A stretch of 64,000 nucleotides of DNA from a bacterium. GTDB lineage: Bacteria > Krumholzibacteriota > Krumholzibacteriia > LZORAL124-64-63. Positions 1 to 9,890 of this stretch are shown piece after piece. The stretch lies in NCBI GenBank assembly GCA_031441465.1, contig JANOEP010000039.1, positions 32,001-96,000 of the forward strand, given 5' to 3'. Within the stretch, counting starts at the first letter, position 1, and every line of letters starts with the position of its first letter. Both the position numbers and the translations under genes were made by a program. The notes under the pieces are model-generated. The model did not search any database, had not been told where the DNA came from, and saw nothing but the letters and a program-made list of their open reading frames with translations.

Positions 1-2
1 AA

Positions 3-347
3 TCCTTCAACACCATCTACCTGCAGGAGAGCGGCGCCGTGCTGGCCACCGACGCGGCCGGTTCCGCCGGTGTCGTCGGCCATTACGAGATCGGCCGCGT
101 CATCGAGCTGCACATCGTCCACGATCTGGACGCCCGCACGTACGACCTCTGGTGGGACGGCGTGCTGGTCGTGAACGACCGCGCCCACGGCGTCGTCGAC
201 CGGGGCATCGGCGGCGTCTACACGGGCATCGACCACGATGCCGACCTCGACGGGATCTTCTCGTTGGACGACCTGTTGGTCACGACGGGGCCGATCACCG
301 CGAACGAGGCCGGGTCCTGGGGCGGCGTCAAGGCCGCCTGGCGCTGA
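3..347 (+). CDS. 5'-truncated hypothetical protein ending in the C-terminal motif NEAGSWGGVKAAWR
   Basis: Frame open from the window edge (SFNTIYLQESGAVLATDAAG...) to TGA at 345-347; GC3-rich codons; followed by a hairpin. Confidence 0.8.
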   Translation, partial: SFNTIYLQESGAVLATDAAGSAGVVGHYEIGRVIELHIVHDLDARTYDLWWDGVLVVNDRAHGVVDRGIGGVYTGIDHDADLDGIFSLDDLLVTTGPITANEAGSWGGVKAAWR

Positions 348-373
348 CCTCGCGTCGGATCGGACAGCACGAG

Positions 374-406
374 GAAGGCCCCCGCGCACCGGACGCGGGG
401 GCCTTC
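374..406. terminator. Hairpin between convergent genes (probable bidirectional terminator)
   Basis: Perfect 13-bp inverted repeat GAAGGCCCCCGCG / CGCGGGGGCCTTC with a 7-nt loop. Confidence 0.7.
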
Positions 407-465
407 GCTGTTCCTGCCGGCCGCCTCGGCGCCGCAGGCGCCGCGGCGAGCCGGATCACGGGGTC

Positions 466-3400
466 TCAGCGCACGAGCACCATCTTTCGGCTAGCGCCCA
501 GTTGCCTGCCGTCCTGGTACAGGCGGTACAGGTAGACGCCGCTGGCGACCTGGCGGCCGCGCTGGTCGGTCCCGTTCCAGTCCAGGGTCGCCGGACCCGC
601 CGGCAGACGGCCGGCGCGGATCCGCAGCACGAGGATGCCGCGCGAGTCGTAGATCGCGACTTCGGTGTCGCCGTCGTGCTGCAGGTTGAACTGGAGCCGG
701 GTGCTCGGGTTGAAGGGATTGGGCTGGTTGCTCAGCTGCAGTCCTTCGGCCGGCCGCGCGGGCCGGGTCGGGTCCGCGGTGGCGAATTCCAATGCCGGCG
801 GCGAGTTGCCCACGGTCAGGGACGCCGGCACCAGAACCAGCGGCGCGGTCGGGTCGTCGCTCCGGAAGATGATCGTGGCGCGGTGCTCGCCGGCGTCGAC
901 GCCCGTCGCGTCGAAGGTCGCCGTCACGTCCTGCGTCCCGCCGGACGGTACCGTGCCCGTCTGGGGCGCGACCGTCAGCCAGGTCGCGCGCAGGCCGATC
1001 AGGGCGATCTCGTTCTCCGCCAATTCGATCGCGTCCCTCAGGCCGTCGCCGTCGTCGTCGGCCGTGTAGTTCGCCATCTGGAAGGCGTTGAAGATCGCGC
1101 GGCCGGTCGCGTCGGCGACGATCGCGCCGGAGTTCGGGAAGCCCTGGAACGCGGCCAGCTGCCGGGCGCCGGGCAGCGTCGCGACGAGCTGGCCGTCGCG
1201 CGTCAACGGGTTCGCGTTCCAGTGGAGGTTCCGGATCGCGTTGGGCCACAGGAAGCAGGCGTGATCCTCCTGCACGGCCGCGACGTCCAGCGGGGTGGTG
1301 ATGGTGGACTGGTAGGACACGCCTAGGCGCCCCATCAGGCTGTGGTTGGAGACGAGGTACACCGACCAGTCGGCGTAGATCAGGGAGCCGCCGGCGTCGA
1401 GGTGCGACGTCAGGGCGTTGAGGGCCGTGAACGACGTCACTTGCGAGTAGTTGCTCACGATCATCAGGTCCCAGGGGCCGTCGTTCGCGGCGGCGCCGAG
1501 GAATTCCGGCCAGGTGGTCGCCAGGGTGTGCCCGAGGCCCAGGCGCTGCAGCGCCAGGCTGAAGGCGTCGTTCACCGGCTCGTAGGGGGCCAGCAGCAGC
1601 GTGCGGGGGGCGTCGCGAGTCGCGCTCTCGCGGCTGTAGATGCGTCGACCGAAGGGAGCGGGCGACTTCGCCCCGCCGTTGTCGACGGCGTCGGCGGGAG
1701 CGGAGGGGCCCACCGGCAGGTCGCGGAACGTGAAGGCGGAGTCCTCCGGTTTCTCCCCGGACGAGGCCGTCAGGTGGGTGGACGCCGACCAGATCAGCTG
1801 GCCCGGGCCCAGGTTGCCGATCGTCAACTGGAACGCGGCGGTGCCGCCGGGCGACAGCGTCGCCGACAGCGAATCCGGAGCGACCACGATCGCCGGCGGG
1901 GCCAGTCCGGTACCGGACAGCGGCAGCGTGATCACCGGTTCGTCCCTGTCGCCGCTGATGATCGTCAGCGTGCCGGTGACCGGGCCGAGCGTCGCCGGGG
2001 CGTAGGTCAGGGTCACGTATTGCCGGTCGCCGGGCGCCAGCGTGATCGGCCCGACGGGTGCGACCGTGAAGTCGGCGTGGCTCGATGACAGGGTTCCGAT
2101 CGTCAACGGCTCGCAGCCGTCGTTGGCGACGGGGATCGACCTCGCGGCCGGGTTCCCGACGTGCTGCGCCCCGAAGGCGAGGTCCGTGGGCGTCACCGCG
2201 ATGTCCGGCTCGCCGATCAGCGCGAGCGTGACGCCCACCGGGACGACGGGCGTGTGCGGGTCGTCGCTGGCCACGTCGATCCGGGCGCCGAATATGGCGT
2301 TGCAGAGGTCCGTCGTGCTGTGCGTCACCGTCGCGTCGATCGACACCGCCACGTCCTGCGAGAGTCCCGGCGGGACGGTGCCCGAGGTCGGCTGCACCGT
2401 CAGCCAGGGCGCCACGCCGGCGACCAGCACGATCTCGTTCTCCGCGAGTTCGACGATGTCGCGCCGGCCGTCGCCGTCGTCGTCGCCGGTGTAGAGGTTG
2501 GTCAAGAACGCGTTGAAGATGGCGCGGCCGGTCCCGTTCAGGACGATCGCGGCGGAAGTCGCGAGGCCCTGGAACGACGCCAGCGTGCGCGCACCCTCGT
2601 GGACGGTGATGATCTGGGCCTTGATGCCGGCCGGATTCAGGTCCCAGCGGAGCTGGTGCACGGCGTTGGGCATCCGGAAGCAACGGTGGTCCGGGTCGGT
2701 CGCCGCGAAATCCAGCGGCGTGTAGGTGAACTCCCGGTAGGTGAAGCCCAGGCGGTCCAGGAGTTCGTGATCGCGGTCGTAGTGGATCGTGTGGTCGGCG
2801 AAGATCAGGGCGCCGCCCGCGTCGAGATGGTCCACGAGGTCGTCGAACGCGTACTCGTCGGAGGATTCCTGGTTGTTGTTGACGATCACGAGATCCCAGG
2901 GTCCGCCGGCGGCAAGGAGAGCCCGAAGGTCGGCATAGTCCGACGCCGCGGTGTAGCTCCAGCCCAGACGCTGCAGCGCCAAGAGGTAGACGTCGGTCGC
3001 GATGTCGTCGGAGGGCAGCAGCAGGACGCTCGGCGTGCCGCGCTCCGCGGCGGCGGAAACGTCCAGGGGGGTCACCGACAACGACCAGTGCAGGTCGATC
3101 TGCCCCGGGTTGGCGATCTTCAGGTAGCGCAGGTCGACGCCGTCGGTGAAAAGCGCCGAAGCCAGAGTGTCCGGCGTCACGGTGATCAGGGCCGACGGCA
3201 GGCCGGTCCCGGAGAGCGGGACCGTGATCGTCGGCTCGTCCAGGTCGTCGCTCGCGATCGTCAAGGCGCCCGCGACCGGGCCCTCGGTGACCGGAGCGTA
3301 GGTGACCAGCACGATCCGCGTCGAGTCCGGCGCCACGGTGAACGGGCCGGTCGGCGAGACGGAGAATTCGGCGTGGTTCGAGGTCACGGCCGACACCGAC

Positions 3401-6400
3401 AGCAGATCGCAGCCGGTGTTGGCGACGGTCAGCGTCGCGACCGCCCGGCCGCCGAGGTACTGCTGCCCGAAGGCGACGACCGCCGGCGCGGCCGAGATGT
3501 CCGGCTCGCCGTGGATGTCGAGCGCCACCGGCAGGACGGCCACGGGCGTGACCGGGTCGTTGCTCGCCACGCAGATGCGCGTCGCGAAGGAGCCGCCGCA
3601 GATGCCCGCCGCGCTGAACCAGACCTTCGCCTCCTGCTTCTCTCCGGCCGGAATCACGCCCGCCTCGGGGTCGATCTGCACCCAGCCCGCGCCGGCCAGC
3701 CAATCGAACGCCTGGTTGCCGAAGAGGCGGTTGTCGTCGGCGTTCAGGCCGTACACGCTGAACATCTCGTCGCTCAGCGCGATGACGCGGCCGCCGCCCA
3801 CTTGGCTCCACGCGCCCGTCATGACGCCAGAAGCGTCCCGGACCAGGATCCGGGCCGGCATGGCGACCCTCGACAGACGGGCGCCCGGGCTGTCCAGGAA
3901 GAGGCCGTCGACGCCGGCCGTGGTCGCGTGTTCGGTGATCCGGATCGTCGTCCCGCTGTGGGCGTCCGTGCTGGAGTAGGTGATGCCGGCGCCCGCGGCG
4001 GACAGGATCGCGTTGAAGGAGGATGCGGACGCGTTGTAGTCGCCTTCCAGGAGCATGCCGCCGCCTTCGTTCACCCAGGCCGCCAGCGCCGACCTCTCCG
4101 CAGTCGTGAAGGACCAACTGCAGTTGATGGACCAGAAGATGTCGTAGCCGGACAGGAGGTCCGGGGTGATCGCGGCCGAGTTGTACGAAATCTCCGCACC
4201 GCGCAGCTCGAGGTCGCCGACCATGCCGGTCCAGTTCGAGGAGGTGGCCTGTCCGTGGCGCCGGTCCCACATGATGCGCACGCCGGTCAGGTCGCGCAGG
4301 TCGGCCGTCAGTTCTCCGTCGGACGTCGCTGCCGGCGTCGCCTGCACCGGCATCGCGTCGGCTGCTGGCGCCAGGTGCGGCAGGGTGTACCGGCGTCGGG
4401 CGGCGATCTCTTCGACCGTGGCCGACCAGACCAGGTCGCTCCGTCCGGAGTTCTTGATCGTCAGGGGTCGCGCAGTTTCGTCTTCGTAGGGCTCGAGGAC
4501 GACCGACATCGAGGCAGGTGACAGCGCGATCACCGGCGGCGCCACGCAGGCGCCCGTCAACGCCACGGCGACCGCGGGTTCGTCCGGGTCGTCGCTGACG
4601 ATCGTCAGCGTGGCGGCGTGCGTGCCGACGGCGGCCGGCGCGTAGCCGACCGTCACGGCCAGCGCGCCGCGCGGCGCCAGGGTGGCCGGCCCGGCGGGGG
4701 CGACCGTGAACGCGCTGTCGTCGGACGTCAAACTGGAGATCGTCAGGGGGGCGCAGCCGTCGTTGACCAGGGTCAGCGTGTCGGCGACCACGGCGCCGGG
4801 GTAGAGGGTCGCGAAGGCCAGGGCCGCCGACGTGACGGTGAGGTTCGCTTCGCCGAGCAGTGCGAGGGAGACCGGCACCGCGATCTCGGGCGTCAGGGGA
4901 TCGTTGCTCGCCACGGTGATGCGCGCCGTCAGCGTCGTGCCGCAGCGGCCGGTCGCGTCGAACGCCACCGCGAGGTCCTGCGCGCTTCCGGGCGGGATCA
5001 CGCCCGAGAGCGGTGCGATCCGCAGCCAGTTATCCGTCGCCAGCCAGTCGAACACCTGGTTGCCGAACCGGCGGTTGTCGTCGACGTCGAGGTCCGTGTC
5101 GCGGAAGAGTTCTTCGCTCAGGGCGATCACGCGGCCCTTGCCCACCTCGCTCCAGGCGCCCACGATGTGGCCGGTCGCATCCCGGAACAGGACCCGCGCC
5201 GGGTAGACGACCGTCGCCAGCGTGGCGTTCGGCTGGTCGAGACGGAGGCGCGAAACGCCCGCCGTGGTCTCGTGCGGCGCGATGTCCGTCGTCGTCCCGG
5301 CCTGCGCGTTGTCGGTGGAGTAGCCGATGCCGGCCCCCGCCGCGGTCAGGATCGCGTCGAACGCGGCTTGGAACGTGTCGTTGTCGCCTTCCAGGAGCAT
5401 CCCGCCGCCGTCCCGCAGCCAGGAGCCCAGCAGGTGCGTCTCCGCCGCCGACCAGCCCGTCGCGCAGTTGACGGTCCACACGAGGTCGAATCCGTCCAGG
5501 AGGTCCGAGGTGACCGGCATGGTGTTGACGACGACCTCGGCGCCGCGCTGCGCGAGGTCGTCGATCATCTGCGACCAGGCGGCCGGTTGGACCTGCCCGT
5601 GGTGCGCGGCCCACATGATGCGCAGGCCGGTCAGGTCGCGCAGGTCGGCCGTCGGCTCCCCGCCTCGCGCCGGCGAGACTCCCGCGTCCGGGGCGTCGTA
5701 CCCGATCCGCGCGCTCCAGATGAGGTCGCTCAGGCCGGTGTTCTCGATGCTCAGGGACTGCACCGATTCGCCGCCGGAAATGAGTCCGACCGCCAGCGAG
5801 TCGGGATACACGGAGACCACGGGTGCCGGCACTCCCGTGCCGGACATCGGCAGCGAGATCGTCGGTTCGTCGGGGTCGTCGCTCGTGATCGTCAGCATGG
5901 CGGTGACCCGGCCGACGGTGGTCGGGCGGTAGGTCGCTTCCACGGTGTGCGGCTGGTCCGGGGCGACCGTGGCCGGGAACGGCGTGGGTGACGTGAACTG
6001 GTCGCTGTCCGAGGACGTGGCGACGAGCGTCAGATTTCCGCAGCCGTCGTTGAAGAGGCTCAGCGACCTGGTCGCCGCGGCGCCGATGAGGACGGGTCCG
6101 AAGTTCAGATCGGCCGACGTGACGGTGACGTCCGGCCCCTCGCTCACGCGCAGCGACACCGGCGTGGCGATCGCGGGCGCGAGAGGGTCGTTGCTCGTGA
6201 GATTGATGTGCGCCGCGTGGTCGTTGCCGCACATGTTCGTGGCGTCGAAGGTCACCGTCAGGTCCACGGACTCGCCCTCGCGCACGACGCCCGTGTCCGG
6301 CGCAACCGACAGCCAGGTCGGGCCGAAGCCGACGAGCATGATCTCGTTCTCCGCCAGTTCGACGGCGTCCTGCACGCCGTCGCCGTCGTCGTCGGCCGTG

Positions 6401-8739
6401 AAGTTCGCCCACTGGAATCCGTTGAAGACGGTGCGGCCCGACGCGGCGAGGACGACCGCGCCGGAGCCGGGGTAGCCGTCGAACGCCGCCAGCTGCACGG
6501 CGTCGGGTCGCACCGCGACGATCTGGCCGTCGCGCGTGGATTGGTTCAGATTCCAGCGCAGGGCGCTGATCTGGTTGGGATGGCGGAAACAGAGGTGGTC
6601 GGGGTCGACCGCCGCGACGTCCAGGGGCGTCGTGAACGACGACTGGTAGTCGACGCCGAGGCGTGCCAGCAATTCGTGCTCGTTGTAGCTGTAGACCGCC
6701 CAGTCGGCGAAGATCAGGGAGCCGCCCCGGTCGAGGTGGTCGACGAGCGCGCCGAGACCGGTCGCCGTCGTGGGGGCGTAGTAGTTGTTCACGATCACCA
6801 GATCCCAGGGTCCGTCGGCGGTGAGCGCCGCTTCCAGTTCCCCCCAGTCCGGCACCATGGTGAATCCGAAGCCCAGCCGCTGCAGCGCCAGGTTGAAGGT
6901 GTTGGTCGACCCGCCGATGGAGCTGAGCAGCAGGATGTGCGGTTCGTAGTCGGCCCGGCGGTCGCCGGTGTAGACGCGCCGCCCGGACCAGGGTTCATCC
7001 GGCGGCAGGCCGTTGGTCTCGCCGGACTGCGGCGCGGTCGAGCGCGGCGGCAGATCGCTGACCGCGAAGGCGGCGCCGCGCGTCTGTGCGGCGAGGGCGG
7101 CAGCGGCGCTCACGTGCGCCGACCAGACCAGGTCGATCTCCCCGGAGTTGCTGATCGTCAGCCGCGCGGTTCCGATCTGGCCGGGATGGAACGACATCGC
7201 GAGCGAATCGGGCGCGACGCCGATCACCGGCGCCGTCGCGGCCGTTCCCGACAGGGGCACCGCGAGCGACGGCAGGTGCGGGTCGTCGCTCAGGATCGTC
7301 AAGACGCCGAGGTCGGTGCCGGATCCCGTCGGCGTGTAGGCCGCCAGGACGGTCTGCGTCGTTCCGGGCGCCAGCGTGAACGGGCCGGCCGGAGAGACCG
7401 TGAACACGGTCTGATCAGTCGTCAGGGAGGCGATCGTCAGCGGCGCGCACCCGTCGTTGGACAGGTCCAGCGACGCGAACGCGGCGTGCCCGACCGGCCG
7501 CAGGCCGAAGTCGAGGCGCTCCGGATCGATCCCGATGACCGGAACGGCCGGCACGCCGAACGACACCGGCACCTCGACCGGCGGCACGAACGGGTCGTCG
7601 CATTCCACGACGATCAGCGCCGAGCGCTCGTCGCCGCAGAGCGCGGCCGCGTCGAAGGCCACCGACACGGTCTGGGTGCCGCCGGCCGGCAACGTGCCGG
7701 TCTGCGGAGCGATCGACAGCCAGCGGGCGCCGGCGGCGACCAGGACGATCTCGTTCTCGGCCAGTTCGACCATGTCGCGCACGCCGTTGCCGTTGTCGTC
7801 GGCCCCGTAGTTCGCCACTTGGAAGGCGTTGAAGATGGCGTGCCGCGACGCGTTGATGACGATCGCACCGGAATCCGGATGGTCCGGGAACTCGGCCAAC
7901 CGCAGTGCGCCGGCGAGGGCCGCGACGACCTGGCCGTCGACCGGAAGCTGATCCAGGTCCCAGTGCAGGTCGGTGACCACGTTCGGTTGCCGGAAGCAGC
8001 GGTGCCGGGGATCGAGCGCCGAGAAATCCTGCGGCTGGGTGAAGAACGACCGGTAGGAAACGCCCAGGCGCGCCAGCAGGCTGTGGTTGGCGTAGTCCGC
8101 GACCGACCAGTCGGCGTAGATCAGCCGGCCGCCGGTGTCGAGATGCCCGACCAGCGCCGCGAGGGTCGCTGCCGGCGCGGTCAGGGAGTAGTTGTTGACC
8201 ACGACCAGATCCCAGGGGCCGTCGTCCGTGAGCGCCGCGGTCAGCGTCGCCCAGTCCGTCACCACGGTGTGACCCCAGCCCAGGCGCTGCAGCGCCAGCG
8301 AGTGGGCGTCGTTCACGGGGTCGAAGGTGGCGAGGAGCAGGACGCGGGGCCCGCCGCTCGGCAGGCGGTCGTTGCTGTAGATGCGCCGGCTGAACGGGGG
8401 CGGGGCCGCGTCGCCGTTGTCGGTGCGCGCGGGCAGGTCGGACCGGTCCGCCGGGTCGTCGCGGTAGGTGAGGCCGGCGCCGCGCGTCTGCGCAGGGAAC
8501 GTCCCGGGCATGGAGATGTAGGCGGTCCAGGCCAGGGGGGTCTTGCCCGTGTTGCTGATCAGCAGGGAACTCGTCGTGGCGCCGTCGGGCGGGAGTTCGG
8601 CCGACAGCGAATCCGGTTCCACGACGAGGGCGGCGGCGGCTGTTTCGGGATACGACGCGGCCAGGATGAGTCCGCCCAGAGCGAGCGGGATCAGCGAGAC
8701 GGCGAACGCGGACAGGGAGGTGCAACGCCAGCGGGACAT
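466..8739 (-). CDS. Giant secreted repeat protein (2757 aa): six Ig/ASH (choice-of-anchor D-like) plus alpha/beta modules and a C-terminal FlgD-Ig/T9SS type A-like domain
   Basis: N-terminal signal peptide (...PETAAA); recurrent LxFG...NDGCxxLxI...LTIxSDDPDEP motifs; C-terminal NQPNPFNPST...IYDSRG...WNGTDQRGRQVASGVYLYRL; GGAGG upstream of the ATG. Confidence 0.85.
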   Translation of the reverse strand: MSRWRCTSLSAFAVSLIPLALGGLILAASYPETAAAALVVEPDSLSAELPPDGATTSSLLISNTGKTPLAWTAYISMPGTFPAQTRGAGLTYRDDPADRSDLPARTDNGDAAPPPFSRRIYSNDRLPSGGPRVLLLATFDPVNDAHSLALQRLGWGHTVVTDWATLTAALTDDGPWDLVVVNNYSLTAPAATLAALVGHLDTGGRLIYADWSVADYANHSLLARLGVSYRSFFTQPQDFSALDPRHRCFRQPNVVTDLHWDLDQLPVDGQVVAALAGALRLAEFPDHPDSGAIVINASRHAIFNAFQVANYGADDNGNGVRDMVELAENEIVLVAAGARWLSIAPQTGTLPAGGTQTVSVAFDAAALCGDERSALIVVECDDPFVPPVEVPVSFGVPAVPVIGIDPERLDFGLRPVGHAAFASLDLSNDGCAPLTIASLTTDQTVFTVSPAGPFTLAPGTTQTVLAAYTPTGSGTDLGVLTILSDDPHLPSLAVPLSGTAATAPVIGVAPDSLAMSFHPGQIGTARLTISNSGEIDLVWSAHVSAAAALAAQTRGAAFAVSDLPPRSTAPQSGETNGLPPDEPWSGRRVYTGDRRADYEPHILLLSSIGGSTNTFNLALQRLGFGFTMVPDWGELEAALTADGPWDLVIVNNYYAPTTATGLGALVDHLDRGGSLIFADWAVYSYNEHELLARLGVDYQSSFTTPLDVAAVDPDHLCFRHPNQISALRWNLNQSTRDGQIVAVRPDAVQLAAFDGYPGSGAVVLAASGRTVFNGFQWANFTADDDGDGVQDAVELAENEIMLVGFGPTWLSVAPDTGVVREGESVDLTVTFDATNMCGNDHAAHINLTSNDPLAPAIATPVSLRVSEGPDVTVTSADLNFGPVLIGAAATRSLSLFNDGCGNLTLVATSSDSDQFTSPTPFPATVAPDQPHTVEATYRPTTVGRVTAMLTITSDDPDEPTISLPMSGTGVPAPVVSVYPDSLAVGLISGGESVQSLSIENTGLSDLIWSARIGYDAPDAGVSPARGGEPTADLRDLTGLRIMWAAHHGQVQPAAWSQMIDDLAQRGAEVVVNTMPVTSDLLDGFDLVWTVNCATGWSAAETHLLGSWLRDGGGMLLEGDNDTFQAAFDAILTAAGAGIGYSTDNAQAGTTTDIAPHETTAGVSRLRLDQPNATLATVVYPARVLFRDATGHIVGAWSEVGKGRVIALSEELFRDTDLDVDDNRRFGNQVFDWLATDNWLRIAPLSGVIPPGSAQDLAVAFDATGRCGTTLTARITVASNDPLTPEIAVPVSLALLGEANLTVTSAALAFATLYPGAVVADTLTLVNDGCAPLTISSLTSDDSAFTVAPAGPATLAPRGALAVTVGYAPAAVGTHAATLTIVSDDPDEPAVAVALTGACVAPPVIALSPASMSVVLEPYEDETARPLTIKNSGRSDLVWSATVEEIAARRRYTLPHLAPAADAMPVQATPAATSDGELTADLRDLTGVRIMWDRRHGQATSSNWTGMVGDLELRGAEISYNSAAITPDLLSGYDIFWSINCSWSFTTAERSALAAWVNEGGGMLLEGDYNASASSFNAILSAAGAGITYSSTDAHSGTTIRITEHATTAGVDGLFLDSPGARLSRVAMPARILVRDASGVMTGAWSQVGGGRVIALSDEMFSVYGLNADDNRLFGNQAFDWLAGAGWVQIDPEAGVIPAGEKQEAKVWFSAAGICGGSFATRICVASNDPVTPVAVLPVALDIHGEPDISAAPAVVAFGQQYLGGRAVATLTVANTGCDLLSVSAVTSNHAEFSVSPTGPFTVAPDSTRIVLVTYAPVTEGPVAGALTIASDDLDEPTITVPLSGTGLPSALITVTPDTLASALFTDGVDLRYLKIANPGQIDLHWSLSVTPLDVSAAAERGTPSVLLLPSDDIATDVYLLALQRLGWSYTAASDYADLRALLAAGGPWDLVIVNNNQESSDEYAFDDLVDHLDAGGALIFADHTIHYDRDHELLDRLGFTYREFTYTPLDFAATDPDHRCFRMPNAVHQLRWDLNPAGIKAQIITVHEGARTLASFQGLATSAAIVLNGTGRAIFNAFLTNLYTGDDDGDGRRDIVELAENEIVLVAGVAPWLTVQPTSGTVPPGLSQDVAVSIDATVTHSTTDLCNAIFGARIDVASDDPHTPVVPVGVTLALIGEPDIAVTPTDLAFGAQHVGNPAARSIPVANDGCEPLTIGTLSSSHADFTVAPVGPITLAPGDRQYVTLTYAPATLGPVTGTLTIISGDRDEPVITLPLSGTGLAPPAIVVAPDSLSATLSPGGTAAFQLTIGNLGPGQLIWSASTHLTASSGEKPEDSAFTFRDLPVGPSAPADAVDNGGAKSPAPFGRRIYSRESATRDAPRTLLLAPYEPVNDAFSLALQRLGLGHTLATTWPEFLGAAANDGPWDLMIVSNYSQVTSFTALNALTSHLDAGGSLIYADWSVYLVSNHSLMGRLGVSYQSTITTPLDVAAVQEDHACFLWPNAIRNLHWNANPLTRDGQLVATLPGARQLAAFQGFPNSGAIVADATGRAIFNAFQMANYTADDDGDGLRDAIELAENEIALIGLRATWLTVAPQTGTVPSGGTQDVTATFDATGVDAGEHRATIIFRSDDPTAPLVLVPASLTVGNSPPALEFATADPTRPARPAEGLQLSNQPNPFNPSTRLQFNLQHDGDTEVAIYDSRGILVLRIRAGRLPAGPATLDWNGTDQRGRQVASGVYLYRLYQDGRQLGASRKMVLVR

Positions 8740-8807
8740 GGGTGCCTCCTGCTCTGGACGGAGATCGTGCGGTCATGGATGAAAAGCTTGGAAGATGGCA
8801 TGTCGTG

Positions 8808-8837
8808 ATGATACCGCCGGGCGGGAGGCGGTGTCAA
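8808..8837 (-). promoter_or_regulatory. Sigma70-like promoter for the giant protein gene
   Basis: Minus strand TTGACA-18 nt-TATCAT, about 70 nt upstream of the ATG at 8739. Confidence 0.55.
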
Positions 8838-8950
8838 ACGCCTGGGGGCGGATCGTGCCGGTTCAGCAGTCGGGGGAGCGACCGTGCGGGTCCCATCGGC
8901 GCTTCACGACCCATCGAGCACGGAGTCACTCCTGTTTCCGCGGGGTCGGA

Positions 8951-9874
8951 CTACGGCCAAGGCACTTCCAGCTGCCAGCCCGCGAGCTTCGCCTCGAACT
9001 CCGCCCGCTCCCGGTGCCGCTTCAGCCCCTCGGATCCCGGCTCCAGCCAGCCCGCCGCACGCGCGACGGCGCAGGCCCGCGCCGCGTCCCCGCCCCCGAT
9101 CGCGCCGAGGATCTCCTGCTCGATCCGCGACAGCGACGCCGCGCCGAGCCGGAAGTCCATGAACGCCTCCCAGACCAGCGGCACCCACGGCGCCACGATC
9201 CGCTCGCCGATCACCGTGGCGTACTCGCGGATCTCCTGCTGCGCGTGGGCGTCCATGCGCAGCGACAGGAAGTGCAGCAGGTTGTGCAGGTCGATCTTCC
9301 AGTAAGCCTCGGTATAGGTGCACAGGGGGAGGTCCTTGCGGGCCTGTTCGCGGGCGACGCCGCGGGCGAGCTTGTCCTCGTACACCTTGCGCGTCAGGAT
9401 GTGGACTTCGTGTTCGCCGGCGGTGAACGCCGCGCCATCCGCGTCGGCGAAATAGCCCGCGCTGCCCTGCCGGTTGTCGTCCGCCTGGCGCCGCCACTTG
9501 TCCGGGTCCGTGCGCTGTGCCGAATCGGTCACGATGGAGTAGCGTGAACTCACCTCATTCACCGAGGCCGACCGGTGCCGTATCCACTGTCGCCACGCGT
9601 CCATCGGCACGCGCACGTGCAGCTTCAGCTCACACATCTCGAACGGCGTGGTGTGACGGTGGCGCAGGAGGTAGCGGATCAGGCCGCGGTCCTCGCTCAC
9701 CTTCTTGGTGCCGTCCCCGTAGGACACGCGGGCCGCCTGCACGACGGCGCGGTCGTCGCCCATGTAGTCCACGACGCGCACGAAGCCGTCGTCCAGCACG
9801 GGCAGCGCCACGCCCAGGATCTCGTCCAGGGCGGGCACGACGGCTCGGGTCACGCGTTCGGACTGCGGCTGCAT
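8951..9874 (-). CDS. thyX: FAD-dependent thymidylate synthase
   Basis: ThyX motif RHRSASVNEVSSRY; AARVSY, HTTPFE, REQAR and HAQQEIR segments. Confidence 0.95.
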   Translation of the reverse strand: MQPQSERVTRAVVPALDEILGVALPVLDDGFVRVVDYMGDDRAVVQAARVSYGDGTKKVSEDRGLIRYLLRHRHTTPFEMCELKLHVRVPMDAWRQWIRHRSASVNEVSSRYSIVTDSAQRTDPDKWRRQADDNRQGSAGYFADADGAAFTAGEHEVHILTRKVYEDKLARGVAREQARKDLPLCTYTEAYWKIDLHNLLHFLSLRMDAHAQQEIREYATVIGERIVAPWVPLVWEAFMDFRLGAASLSRIEQEILGAIGGGDAARACAVARAAGWLEPGSEGLKRHRERAEFEAKLAGWQLEVPWP

Positions 9875-9890
9875 CGGCGTCTCCTGCGGA

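Noticed and set aside
466..8739. Recurring nucleotide segments as a possible CRISPR array or mobile repeat
   Set aside because: They are degenerate in-frame protein-domain repeats with a period of about 1.4 kb; no repeat-spacer structure and no cas genes.
491..8808. Many long alternative-frame ORFs over the giant gene (and similar ones across the window)
   Set aside because: R/P/G/A-rich translations with no motifs, expected from stop-codon scarcity at high GC.
8951..9874. thyX (and dinB at 46006) as prophage or mobile-element markers
   Set aside because: Host-like composition and housekeeping neighbours; no phage or integrase genes.
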